Positions 8,416 through 19,000 of a stretch of 64,000 nt of DNA are shown here, piece after piece; position 1 is the stretch's first letter, and each line of letters opens with the position of its first letter. The position numbers and the translations under genes were made by a program. The DNA lies in assembly GCA_033764315.1 (NCBI GenBank), contig JANRJA010000041.1, positions 1 through 64,000 of the forward strand, written 5' to 3'. The notes below the pieces were generated by a model. The model worked only from the letters and a program-made list of their open reading frames with translations, was not told the origin of the DNA and made no database searches. This DNA comes from Oculatellaceae cyanobacterium bins.114. Lineage in GTDB: Bacteria; Cyanobacteriota; Cyanobacteriia; Elainellales; Elainellaceae.

Positions 8416-10758
8416 ATGGATAATTTACTACCTCGTGTAAGTTTGTCGTTGCTTAATCGGGTTGTTAATGAAAACACGGGTGAACCCATTGTTTATCGAT
8501 TAAACCGAAGCACAACTACAGATGATTTAACGGTTAATTTAAGCCGCGCTGGTTCGTTTTCAGATGTCACGCTTGCCGCAACCAATGGCGGAATCATTAA
8601 TTCCACAACGAGTGGGGTTTCTGTAGTGATACCCGCTGGGCAGAGTAGTATCGATATTCAACTCGTTCCAATCAACGATGCGTTTGCCGAGCCTGACGAA
8701 GCCATTCGATTGGATTTAGAAAATGGTAGCGGTTACCAATTTGATCCACTCGTCGTTAATGTATCACCGATTATTCGCGATAACGATACTCAGGTTAGCA
8801 ATACGAATGATAGTGGTGAAGGCTCTCTCCGGCAGGCCATTCTGAATGCCAACGCTAATTTTGGAGCCGATGTGATTACCTTTGCGCCTGAGTTACGCGG
8901 ACAAACCATTAATCTAACGGGTGGCGCACTTACGGTTACGGATAACCTCACGGTTCAGGGTTTAGGAAGCAGTGATTTGACGATTGATGCGGGTGGGCGA
9001 TCGGGCATTTTTGTCGTCAACAATAACAGCATCAATGTGATGAACTTCACCGTGCAAGATCTGACGTTGGCGAATGGGAATGCAGGGACGAACGCCGATG
9101 GGGGAGCGATCGCCAGCCAGGAAAACCTGACGGTCAACAACGCCATCTTTCAGGGCAACCGGGCACGCGACGGGGGAGCCATTTTCACGCTTGGAACCAA
9201 CACCACGACGACCACCACCATCAACAACTCCACCTTTAGCAACAACTCCGCCTTTCCCAATGGGGGGGCGATCGCCAACGTCAATTCCGCGTTAAGTGTC
9301 ACCAACAGCACATTTAACGGCAATCGGGCTGGTAGCGGTGGAGCCATTTTTAACAACTCTCCCCAACAGATCAGTACATTGCGGAACATAACCATCAGCG
9401 GCAACTTTGCCAGCAGCGGTGGTGCCATTCACAATGCAGGTGGGACGCTTGCTATCAGCAACAGCACCATCACGAACAATTCAACCACCTTGGCTGGTAG
9501 TGGAGCCGTTTTCACCAGTGCTGCCACCGCACCGATCACCCTTGTTACCTCCAGTATCATCGCTGCCAATGTAAATGGTGATGTTCAGGTGACGAACCCA
9601 GGTACAACCAATGCCATCCGTTTTGGCAGCGGAGGCAATAATTTGATTGGCTTTGGAAATGCGACCAGTGTCTTTAATCGAGGGGGCGATCGCATTAATA
9701 TTCTGAACCCTGGTTTAGAACCGTTGGCAAACAATGGTGGCCCCACTCAAACGCACGCGCTCAGACTCGACAGTTTTGCTATTAATGCAGGCAGTAATTT
9801 GTTTAACCGTAGCACTGACCAGCGTGGCTTGAATCGCATCTCTGGTAGTGCGCCTGATATCGGTGCCTTTGAGTTTGCACTCAATCTGATCAATGGAACA
9901 GATGCAGCCGATACCCTCAACGGAACGACTGGCAACGATGAGATCAACGGTAGAGCGGGAGCCGATGTCATTACTGCTGGGGTTGGAAACGACCTGGTCA
10001 ACGGCAACGATGGCAACGACCTGATCATCTGGCGACCCAGAGACGGTAGCGATCGCATCAGCGGTGGTAACGGCACTGACACCCTGCGGTTTAACTGTTC
10101 TCCAAATAGTGGCGACCAGATTGTGCTGGGTGGCACCCCGATCAACGGCACCCGCTTTTTAGAAATTACCCGCAATCAGCCTGCTCCTCCGGCCAGGTTG
10201 TTAGTGGATACAGTAGAAGTGTTAGAGTTCAACTGCTTGAGCGGCAATGATCGAGTCCTGATCAACAACCTGGACAACACAGGTGTAACCGAAATCAGAG
10301 TGTCTGGAGGACAGGGGAACGATCGCCTGAATGGACAAAATTCTGGGGTTACGCTGGCTCTCAACGGCAATGGAGGTGATGATCGCTTGATTGGCGGTCG
10401 AGCCAACGATACGCTGACGGGGGGTGCAGGTAGTGATGCTTTCGTGTTCACGTCTGGCCGAGGCTTTAACAGGGCTGACTTCGGTATTGATACGATCACG
10501 GATTTCGTTAGGGGCACTGATAAGATTCAACTGAACAGCAATACCTTCATCACCTTCATAGCAAGCGACAGTCGCCTTACTTTTGTCGATAACGATGCTG
10601 CTGCGTCCACGACGAGTGCTGGAATTGTCTACAGTCGTGCTACGGGCAACCTGTTTTTTAATCAGAACGGAGGCAGTGCCGGATTCGGCGCAGGTGGACA
10701 GTTTGCTACCGTTCAGGGTGCCCCAGCACTCACATCAACTGATTTTCAATTCGCCTAA
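8416..10758 (+). CDS. Secreted Calx-beta / beta-helix (GGAI repeats, choice-of-anchor-Q-like) / RTX protein
   Basis: AGGAG before ATG 8416; VSNTNDSGEGSLRQAI, GGAI repeats, LANNGGPTQTHAL..TDQRG..PDIGAFE, GGxGxD repeats. Confidence 0.88.
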   Translation: MDNLLPRVSLSLLNRVVNENTGEPIVYRLNRSTTTDDLTVNLSRAGSFSDVTLAATNGGIINSTTSGVSVVIPAGQSSIDIQLVPINDAFAEPDEAIRLDLENGSGYQFDPLVVNVSPIIRDNDTQVSNTNDSGEGSLRQAILNANANFGADVITFAPELRGQTINLTGGALTVTDNLTVQGLGSSDLTIDAGGRSGIFVVNNNSINVMNFTVQDLTLANGNAGTNADGGAIASQENLTVNNAIFQGNRARDGGAIFTLGTNTTTTTTINNSTFSNNSAFPNGGAIANVNSALSVTNSTFNGNRAGSGGAIFNNSPQQISTLRNITISGNFASSGGAIHNAGGTLAISNSTITNNSTTLAGSGAVFTSAATAPITLVTSSIIAANVNGDVQVTNPGTTNAIRFGSGGNNLIGFGNATSVFNRGGDRINILNPGLEPLANNGGPTQTHALRLDSFAINAGSNLFNRSTDQRGLNRISGSAPDIGAFEFALNLINGTDAADTLNGTTGNDEINGRAGADVITAGVGNDLVNGNDGNDLIIWRPRDGSDRISGGNGTDTLRFNCSPNSGDQIVLGGTPINGTRFLEITRNQPAPPARLLVDTVEVLEFNCLSGNDRVLINNLDNTGVTEIRVSGGQGNDRLNGQNSGVTLALNGNGGDDRLIGGRANDTLTGGAGSDAFVFTSGRGFNRADFGIDTITDFVRGTDKIQLNSNTFITFIASDSRLTFVDNDAAASTTSAGIVYSRATGNLFFNQNGGSAGFGAGGQFATVQGAPALTSTDFQFA

Positions 10759-10913
10759 TTCACCCAACAAACATGTGGCACTTCTAAGACAACCCTGACG
10801 GTGTATTTGAAACAAGACACAACTCCAGTTGAGCAGAAGGAAGAATAAGAGCGTCTGTTGACGTGGCAGTCTCAATCAGCCAGAGAAATCTAGCTCTTAG
10901 CTACGTAGAGTAC

Positions 10914-11007
10914 AAATCTAACTTTCGTTGATAAACGAGTACCGATCGCATCAACGAAAGTTAGAGACTAAGGTCAAGAACTCAGCGATCGCTGACCCTA
11001 GAGCTAT
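10914..11007. repeat. ~95-bp double-hairpin element, copy 2
   Basis: Perfect 16-bp stem tctaactttcgttgat / atcaacgaaagttaga plus palindrome tcagcgatcgctga; direct repeat of 5088-5182. Confidence 0.85.
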
Positions 11008-11049
11008 GCTTATATGATGAATCGCCTACAAGCCTCTAGGCTTTTGCCT

Positions 11050-11240
11050 CAGGTGGTATCTATGCAACCAGTTCCAAGCACAGGAACGGTCAAAGCCAAA
11101 CAACACACTCAGCAAATCAAAGGTGAAATAGCATTTGCAGTACAACAAGATATAGAACAGCTTTTCACCAGAGTCCGTAATGTTGCTTTTTGCCCGACGC
11201 CAATGGCTCGTAGCAGACGTTTCTGTTGGGAAATGCGCCT
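11050..11240 (-). mobile_element. Frameshifted transposase N-terminal remnant (HTH_Tnp_4-like, IS5/ISL2 type)
   Basis: Minus-strand translations QQKRLLRAIGVGQKATLRT and, in another frame, EKLFYILLYCKCYFTFDLLSVLFGFDRSCAWNWLHR resemble the R.R..GGGRK..L....KL..IL.Y...Y.T...L..LFG pattern. Confidence 0.7.
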
Positions 11241-11252
11241 AGTTCTTGTCCT

Positions 11253-12443
11253 TTATTTCCCAACAACTCTAATGTGTCCATGTTTAATGACGTATTTACG
11301 GGATGACCGGGTCGCGATCGCTTCTGGAATTGAATCCGCCGCCAGGACAACGAAATCCGCGATCGCTCCCTCTTGTAATCCGTACTTCTCTACGCCTAAA
11401 ACCGTTGCCCCACCAGTCGTGATCATTTCAAAAGCAGTCATGAGATCAGCATCCGTTAAAAAGTTAGAACGGTAGGCAATCAGCATGGCTCGTTCTAACA
11501 TATCGGCGTTACTGAAAGGACACCAGGCATTACGCACATCATCTGATCCTGAAAAGACCGTAATCCCTGCTTGCCGTAAACGAGAAATGGAAGGAAACGG
11601 GTGATGTCCCGGTGCATTGGTCATGATGGCGATCGCAGCCGTTGCCAATCGTTCAGTCGTTGTATCTGCTAAATCTGGAGACACCATTCCTAAACAGTAG
11701 GCATGGCTGACCGCAACGCGCCCTTGCATCCCCGTTGCAATCGTCCGTTGGGCAATCTGTTCAAGTTCGTAAATGCCTAAATGTCCGGGATCGTGCAAGT
11801 GGATATCAATGCTAACGCCGTGCTTTTCTGCTAGACGAAAAATCTCATGAAGATGCCCATTCACATCTTGATCAATGCCTGCGGGGTCAAGTCCACCAAT
11901 TAAATCAGCCCCCTCAAAGAGCGCAGCATCTAACAATTCCAGTGTTCCTGGACAAGAGAGTAATCCACTCTGAGGAAACGCAACGATTTGAATATCAACA
12001 AAGTCTCGATAGCGATCGCGAACGTTGAGGACTCCTTCTAAATTGCGTAAGCCAACTTCAGGGTAAATGTCTACATGCGTGCGAATCAGCGTTGTCCCTT
12101 GTTGAATGGCTCGTTCTATCAAATGGGAAGCCCGTTCCTCGACAGGGGTTTTGATTTCTCGAAGCATTTGTTTTTCGATTTCAACCCGTTGCCGCACGGT
12201 GTCTCCCGGAATGTGAGATTGCCAGGGAGTGCCCCAAAAGGTTTTGTCGAGGTGGATGTGTCCATCGACCAAGCCAGGACAAAGCAAGTTGCCCTGGATA
12301 TCGAGCACCTCTTTAGCCGTGCCGAGTGTCTGATCAAGAGGCGCGATCGCAGAGATACATCCGTCTTTAACCGCAACTTGAGCCAATGATCCATCCGGCA
12401 ACTTAGCTTGCTGGATCAGCAGGTCGAAAGTATCCAGTCCCAT
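11253..12443 (-). CDS. Cytosine/creatinine-deaminase-like metal-dependent amidohydrolase
   Basis: PGLVDGHIHLDK, RTHVD, QIVAFPQ, IDIHLH, SHAYCL, GSDDVR. Confidence 0.9.
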   Translation of the reverse strand: MGLDTFDLLIQQAKLPDGSLAQVAVKDGCISAIAPLDQTLGTAKEVLDIQGNLLCPGLVDGHIHLDKTFWGTPWQSHIPGDTVRQRVEIEKQMLREIKTPVEERASHLIERAIQQGTTLIRTHVDIYPEVGLRNLEGVLNVRDRYRDFVDIQIVAFPQSGLLSCPGTLELLDAALFEGADLIGGLDPAGIDQDVNGHLHEIFRLAEKHGVSIDIHLHDPGHLGIYELEQIAQRTIATGMQGRVAVSHAYCLGMVSPDLADTTTERLATAAIAIMTNAPGHHPFPSISRLRQAGITVFSGSDDVRNAWCPFSNADMLERAMLIAYRSNFLTDADLMTAFEMITTGGATVLGVEKYGLQEGAIADFVVLAADSIPEAIATRSSRKYVIKHGHIRVVGK

Positions 12444-12482
12444 GTCTACTATCTACTTTTAACTACTCATATGCATCGAACC

Positions 12483-12553
12483 GCCCCCCTAGCCCCCCCA
12501 ATTTTGGGGGGAATCTCTCCGGAAGTCCCCCAGAATTGGGGGATTTAGGGGGC
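12483..12553. repeat. Cyanobacterial short dispersed palindromic repeat
   Basis: gccccctagcccccccaattttgggggga ... gtcccccagaattgggggatttagggggc, nested inverted repeats. Confidence 0.75.
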
Positions 12554-12603
12554 AACAAGGCTTAAACGAAGTCAGTCTGGACTTGTGTGTACACAGCCGT
12601 TTG

Positions 12604-13533
12604 CTATTCACTGAGTTTGCCTAAGGACTCTGGCGCACCAAGGGAAGCCCTGGTGGGAGAACACGTCAACACCATGACTGCCAATGTCAGCAAATAGGGC
12701 ACAGAATTGAACACGTAGTAATAGGAATCCACTCCCACCGATTGCAATGCCGGACCTAATCCCTGAGTTCCGCCAAACAAGAGTGCTGCATAGAGACACT
12801 GCATCGGATTCCAGCGGGCAAAAATCACCAGCGCGACGGCAATGAGTCCTTGTCCACTGGAAATATTTTCGTTCCAGCTACCCGGAAAGTAGAGGGACAG
12901 GTAAGATCCGGCAATTCCCGCTAAGAAACTGCCAAAGACAATGCACAGCGATTGTACCCAACGAACAGGAATCCCCATTGCCTTTGCCGCTGCCGGACTT
13001 TCTCCCACCGCTCGCACCATCAAGCCCCATCGCGTAGAGGTAAAGAACCACTGCATTAGAGGGGCGATCGCCAGCCCCAACAACAGCAATGGACTGACCA
13101 TCAGCGCAGATTGAACTTGCGGTAAATGACTCCAATCTCCAAAATGAAGGGCGGGTAACTGGGGAGCGATCGGTTGAATGTAAGGTTTCCCGATGTAAAA
13201 CGCTAACCCCCCTCCAAAGATCATCATGGCAATGCCCACCGAAATGTCGTTTACTCTGCGCTGTTGCACCAACCAGGCATGAATGGCACCCAGTCCCATT
13301 CCGGCAACTCCGGCACAAACCACGCCTAACCAGGGTGATCCGGTGTGATAAGAAACGGCGTAGGCACTCATCGCGCCCATCAGCAAGGTTCCTTCTAAAC
13401 CAAGGTTGATCTTGCCGCTTTTTTCCGTCAGGCACTCTCCCAAACTGACAAACAAAAAGGGAACGCTTCCCCGCAGTAAGCCACCCAAAATTGCCACGGG
13501 AACGCCCCACCAACCGAGCGATTCAGGGGTCAT
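12604..13533 (-). CDS. ABC permease, BPD_transp_2 (nucleoside/simple-sugar type)
   Basis: EKSGKINLGLEG, RAVGESP.AA, GQGLIAVALVIF. Confidence 0.92.
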   Translation of the reverse strand: MTPESLGWWGVPVAILGGLLRGSVPFLFVSLGECLTEKSGKINLGLEGTLLMGAMSAYAVSYHTGSPWLGVVCAGVAGMGLGAIHAWLVQQRRVNDISVGIAMMIFGGGLAFYIGKPYIQPIAPQLPALHFGDWSHLPQVQSALMVSPLLLLGLAIAPLMQWFFTSTRWGLMVRAVGESPAAAKAMGIPVRWVQSLCIVFGSFLAGIAGSYLSLYFPGSWNENISSGQGLIAVALVIFARWNPMQCLYAALLFGGTQGLGPALQSVGVDSYYYVFNSVPYLLTLAVMVLTCSPTRASLGAPESLGKLSE

Positions 13534-14660
13534 TGATGAACTCCTTGTACGGTAGAAGAGAGCGGATCGAGGGATGGAACAGGGGCGATCGCATCATCAT
13601 CGGGAATGGCGGGTTCTTGAAACCAGGGGAACTGCCCATAAAGCGATTCGCTATATAGAATCACCAGAAAGATCAAGCCTTGAAAGACCAGAACTGTTGC
13701 ATCGGGCATTCCATGAGCACGTTGTAAGATGCTGCCGCTGGTTAAGATACCGCCTAACAGTGTGGAAACTAAAACAACCGCGAGGGGATTTTGTTTCGCC
13801 ACAAAAGCAACCAAAATTCCCGTATAGCCATAGTTTGAGTGGAGTGCTCCATTGGCGCGACCGTGTACCGCTGCCACTTCTACCATGCCTGCCAAGCCCG
13901 CACAGGAGCCTGCCAGAAAGCAAATGGCTAAAGTCAACTTGCCAACCGCGAGTCCAGCAATTCGGGCCGCGCGAATATTTCCCCCAATGGTGCGGATCGC
14001 AAAACCAAAAGTGGTTCGCTGGATCAGCACATAGGCGATCGCACACACCACCAAGCCATACAGCAGCCCGTAGTGAATTCGAGAACCCGGAAAATCCCCT
14101 AGCTTTAAAGCCTCTGCTAACGGATACGTCGAAGGTTGGTTAAGGGAACTGGGATCTCGCCAGGGACCTTCAACCATGTGGTTGAGAAAGGCGATCGCCA
14201 CGTAGTTCAACAGCAAACTGCTGATGGTCTCATTCACCCCACGGTAATGACGCAATGCTCCAATCAGCATGATCCACAATCCACCTACGGTAATGCCTGC
14301 GATCGCCATTGCCAGCAACGCGATGACAGGAGACACGTTTGCCATGCCTAATCCTGTTACAGCCGCCATTAACCCACCTAAGACCAGTGCACCTTCATTG
14401 CCAATCACAATCAATCCTAATCGGGCAGGAAGGACGGTACACAGGGCACTCAGCATCAAAGGCGCAGAGCGAATTAAGGTGTTTTGCCAGGAAAACCAGG
14501 AGGCAAAAGCTGCCTTATAGATGGAAGCGTAGATAGCCAGGGGATTATATCCCTGAACGGCACAGAACAAACCAAATAGAAGAAGGGCAATGGCGATCGC
14601 CCCAACTGGAATGCAAATCGACTCTAAAACAGAACGCCAACGACGCAACATGGTGAACAA
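13530..14660 (-). CDS. ABC permease, BPD_transp_2
   Basis: IGNEGAL, GVNETISSLLLNY, GLAGMVEV, YGYTGILVAF; 4-bp overlap with the next gene. Confidence 0.92.
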   Translation of the reverse strand: MFTMLRRWRSVLESICIPVGAIAIALLLFGLFCAVQGYNPLAIYASIYKAAFASWFSWQNTLIRSAPLMLSALCTVLPARLGLIVIGNEGALVLGGLMAAVTGLGMANVSPVIALLAMAIAGITVGGLWIMLIGALRHYRGVNETISSLLLNYVAIAFLNHMVEGPWRDPSSLNQPSTYPLAEALKLGDFPGSRIHYGLLYGLVVCAIAYVLIQRTTFGFAIRTIGGNIRAARIAGLAVGKLTLAICFLAGSCAGLAGMVEVAAVHGRANGALHSNYGYTGILVAFVAKQNPLAVVLVSTLLGGILTSGSILQRAHGMPDATVLVFQGLIFLVILYSESLYGQFPWFQEPAIPDDDAIAPVPSLDPLSSTVQGVHQ

Positions 14661-14666
14661 TTCCCG

Positions 14667-15866
14667 TTAAGCGGTGATTTGTCCGATTACCCCTTCAACC
14701 AGCCAATCCATTTTTTCAAGTTCAGGATCACCGGGTTTGTATTCCGTTCCAGCAGGGATCACAACTTTACCTGTATTGTCTTTCAGTTCTCCCTTGTAGA
14801 CCACCAGGGAGCCATCTAACAATCCAGCTTTGGCGGTTTCGGCATCCTGTTTAGCTGCCTCACTGACGGCTGCTCCATAGGGCGACAGCTTGACGAAATT
14901 ATCCTTCAATCCGCCCAAATACGTATGGGGAATGCCGCCATTCATTAGCGTTTTGCCCCCCTGAATCATCTTGACATAGCTTGAGTAAACGCCCGTCCAA
15001 TCCCATTCAGCCCCGGTAAGATATCCTTTAGGGGCAACTTCGGACTGGTTCACCGCATTTCCGCTACAAAAGATCGCGCGTTTTTCTGCGGTTTCCATTA
15101 CCACTTTGGCGTTGTCTACATTGCAGGTAACGACATCTACGCCCTGGTCTGCCATGCTATTCACTGCTTCCGCTTCTTTGACCGGATCAGTCCAGGCACC
15201 CGTAATGATCAGTTGAGTGGTGGCATCGGGATTAACCGATTTTGCCCCTAGCATCCAGCTATTGAGCGTTCGCACAATGCGGGGAATCGGTTTTGCCATG
15301 ACGAAGCCCAGCTTACCTGTCTTGGATGTATGAGCGGCAACCGTTCCAGCAATGTAATAGGCTTGATCGATGAATCCAAAATAGCTGCCCACGTTAGCGG
15401 GATGTTTGCCCTCTTCGTACAGCGTGCCACAGTGAAAAAACTGTACCTCTGGGAACTCTTTTGCCATCTCCAAAATATAGGGATCAAAGTAACCAAACGA
15501 CGTTGGAAACAAAACCTTTGCACCATCCTGAACAATCATGCTTCGCATTGTTTCCGCTACGGCTGTGGTTTCAGGTACACTGGCCTCTTCAACGACTTTG
15601 ACTCCAGGAACGTTCGCGACTCCAGCGGCTCCTTCAGCATGTGCCTGGTTCCAACCATAGTCGTCTTTTGGCCCCACATAAATGAATCCCATCATCAGTA
15701 GTTCTGTCGCACTATCAGGAGACGGGGTGGCGTCTCCACTGGTAGCCGTTGTTTCAGGGGCGGGTGAACACCCTGTCCAGAGATGCGAGGTTGCACCAAA
15801 GGCTCCAGTTGCCAGCAGTCCTCGAATGACCTGACGACGGGTAAACGGAAAACGATGTTGAGTCAT
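14667..15866 (-). CDS. BMP-family ABC substrate-binding lipoprotein with Tat-type signal
   Basis: FTRRQVI..TGC; GFIYVGPKDDYGWNQAH; TSFGY; SKTGKLGFV; WLVEGVIG. Confidence 0.92.
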   Translation of the reverse strand: MTQHRFPFTRRQVIRGLLATGAFGATSHLWTGCSPAPETTATSGDATPSPDSATELLMMGFIYVGPKDDYGWNQAHAEGAAGVANVPGVKVVEEASVPETTAVAETMRSMIVQDGAKVLFPTSFGYFDPYILEMAKEFPEVQFFHCGTLYEEGKHPANVGSYFGFIDQAYYIAGTVAAHTSKTGKLGFVMAKPIPRIVRTLNSWMLGAKSVNPDATTQLIITGAWTDPVKEAEAVNSMADQGVDVVTCNVDNAKVVMETAEKRAIFCSGNAVNQSEVAPKGYLTGAEWDWTGVYSSYVKMIQGGKTLMNGGIPHTYLGGLKDNFVKLSPYGAAVSEAAKQDAETAKAGLLDGSLVVYKGELKDNTGKVVIPAGTEYKPGDPELEKMDWLVEGVIGQITA

Positions 15867-16043
15867 GGGCGAATCCTCTTAGCAACAACTAGGGCTGACG
15901 AAGGGCTTACAAAGCGCAAGTGACCGCATTATCAGGTTGGGCTTGAGGGATGTCGATACCAAAAGTTCAACCTGTTTTTGTAACGTTTTGGATCAAAGTT
16001 CCAGGTTTGTTCCATCTACTGCAAAAGGCTGGAACTGAAAAAT

Positions 16044-16057
16044 GTATGATGCAATAC
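16044..16057. promoter_or_regulatory. Putative NtcA site in divergent intergenic region
   Basis: tGTA-TGATGCAA-TAC; no canonical TAN3T 22 nt away on either strand. Confidence 0.5.
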
Positions 16058-16087
16058 CTCAAGTCTTCGCAGTTTCTCTAAAGATGA

Positions 16088-19000
16088 ATGACCAATGGCG
16101 CAGTTTTGAATGATGGAATGGTGAGCGACGCTCTAAAAGACGGCAAAGCCGAAAGTACCTTCTTAGGGTTCATAGATGCGCTAGTGTTTGCCAGGACAGG
16201 AAGCCATCTAGGGGAAGCACAGCGGGCACTGTTAAGCGCATCTTGGTCAGGGGATCGGCAAAACTATGACCAGATTGCAGCAGCTTGCGGCTATTCCGCG
16301 CATTATCTCCGGAAGCACATTGGACCTCATCTCTGGCAAATGTTGTCGGATGTCTTGGGCGAGAAAGTCACTAAAATCAACTGCCGAAGGGTGATTGAAC
16401 GACACATGATGTTGTTGACCTCATCTCCTAACGCGTTCTCCTACGAAAGAAGGGAAGATGGAAACGTCTCAAAGCTCCCCTCTCCTTCTGGGAGAGGGGT
16501 TGGGGGTGAGGGTTCGTCCCCCTATTACGATTGGGGTGAAGCTTCTGACGTAGAGGTATTTTACGGACGACAAATCGAGTTAGATCTTCTCCTACAGTGG
16601 ATGGCTGCCCACTGTCGGTTGATTGGCGTATTTGGAGTTGGGGGAATTGGTAAAACTCACCTGTCCATTAAGCTGGCTCAGCAGGTGACAGATTTTGATT
16701 GTGTCATTTGGCGATCGCTCCGGAATGCCCCACCCTTAACGGAACTACTAGCAGACCTCTTACACGCCATCACGCGATCGCCCCAACCCACCTTACCCGA
16801 TGCGACCGAAGTTCGATTAACGCTGCTGCTCGAACAGTTGCGATCAATGCGCTGTCTGCTGGTTCTTGATAACGCAGAAACTCTTTTGAAAGGAGAAGAA
16901 TACAGTGGGCAGTACCGTGAAGGGTATGAAGACTATGGACAGTTCTTTAAGCGAATTGGAGAAACAAACCACTTAAGCACCCTATTACTGACGAGTCGAG
17001 AGAAACCGAAAGAATTCGGGGTGATGGAAGGAGAGACATCGCCTGTGCGATCGCTTCCCTTAAAGGGACTCCTTCCTGAAGATGCCCAACAGATCATCTC
17101 TGCAAAAGGAATTCAGATCGAATCTGCAACGGTGAGTAGCGAGTTGGTCTATCGCTATGGGGGAAATCCTTTAGCACTGAAGATTGTGACTACAACCATT
17201 CAAGAATTGTTTGATGGAGATGTTTCTCAATTTCTTCAGGAGAACACAGCGGTTACTTCAGAAATTAATAACCTGCTCGATCAGCATTTTGTTCGTCTTA
17301 CGGCAATTGAAAAAACGGCTTTGTATGGGTTAGCCGTTGCCCGTGAACCCCTCTCGCTAACGACCCTCTGTAGCGACTGGATCGCCCCTCCCCCTCGCCA
17401 TCACATTCTAGATGCGCTGAAATCGCTAGGGCAACGTTCTTTAATTGAAAAACACGACGGATTATTTAGTCTGCAACCTGTCGTAATGGAGTACGTGAGC
17501 GATCGCCTAATCACTGCGATCGCGGATGAAATCATTCAAAATTGCGGCAGCTTTGAACACTTGAATCAACACATTTTACTCAAAGCAGAAGCAAAAGACT
17601 ACATCCGAGAGATACAAAATCGACTGATTCTCAAACCGTTATTAGAGCGGTTGCTACAACACTTTAAAGTAAAACAAACCTTAGAAAGACAGTTAGCAAG
17701 TATTTTAGACTGGCAAAGAAACAACTTTCCTCTGGAACCGGGATACCTGGCAGGTAATATCCTCAATCTTCTGTTGCAGTTAGGGACAGATCTCAGCGGT
17801 TATGACTGTTCCTACCTCACCATCTGGCAAGCCTATTTAGAAGGGGTCAATCTCAACTACGTTAATTTTGCCTATTCGGATCTCTCTCGCTCCGTTTTAA
17901 CTGAAACGTTTGCCAGTACGCTTTCAGTCGCTTTCAGTCCAGATGGTCACTTCTTTGCGACAGCAACCACAGATAACGATATCTGTCTCTGGCAAACCAA
18001 AGATGGCAAAAAAGTACGAGTCTATCAGGGGCATCGCGGTTGGGTTCACTCCGTTGCCTTTAGCCCAACCGATGCCATCATTGCCAGTGGCAGTGAAGAT
18101 GAAACGATCCGTTTATGGGACATGCAAACGGGACAGTGTTTAAAAACGCTGAAAGGACATCAGAATTGGGTTTGGGCAGTGGCATTTAGTGCCGATGGAC
18201 GATGCTTAGCCAGCAGCAGCAATGACCAAACCGTTCGCTTATGGGATGTTCAAACCGGAGTTTGTTTGAGAGTGCTAGAAGGACACCAGAATTGGGTCTG
18301 GTCGGTCGCCTTCAGTCCTGATCAAACGCTGCTTGCCAGTGGCAGTAATGATAAGACGATCAAGATTTGGGATGTGGAAACAGGTGAGTGTGTTAAGACG
18401 CTGTTAGGACATACTGACTGGGTACAATCGATCGCCTTTAGTCCAGCGACTTCCCTGCTGGCTAGCGGCAGCCGTGACCAAACGATTAAACTATGGGACG
18501 TGCAGACGGGAAGGTGTCCTGTAACCCTGCAAGGACACACGAATTGGGTACAGTCTGTCACCTTTGACGGAACGGGAACTCTCCTTGCCAGTGCTAGTAA
18601 TGACCAGACTGTAAAACTGTGGGATCTTGCAACCCATGCCTGTTTACGAACCTTTCACAGCCCCATTCAAGATATCTGGTCGGTGGCATTCAGTCCTGAT
18701 GCCACAGCTCTGATTTTAGGGGGAAGCGACCAGACCGTACAAATGTGGGATGTGCAAACCGGGCAGTGCCTTAAAACGCTACGGGGGCACATTAGCGGCA
18801 TCTTATCTCTAGATAGCAGTTCTGATGGACGTTACCTAGTAACGGGGGGAAGCGATCGCACGGTGCGCCTGTGGGATCTGAACTTAGGACAGTGCATCAA
18901 AACCCTGAACGGACATACCAGTTGGGTGCGATCGGTTGCCTTTAACCCACAAAATCAGATGATTGCCAGTGGTAGCAGCGACCATACAATTCGCCTGTGG

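Noticed and set aside
11014-11475. 153-aa plus-strand ORF
   Set aside because: Overlaps the deaminase antisense and the transposase remnant; no recognisable motifs.
12878-14143. 211-aa, 189-aa and 131-aa alternative ORFs
   Set aside because: Out-of-frame or antisense overlaps of well-supported permease genes.
15867-15960. Riboswitch in the BMP operon leader
   Set aside because: No purine or guanidine riboswitch consensus recognised by eye; an Rfam scan would settle it.
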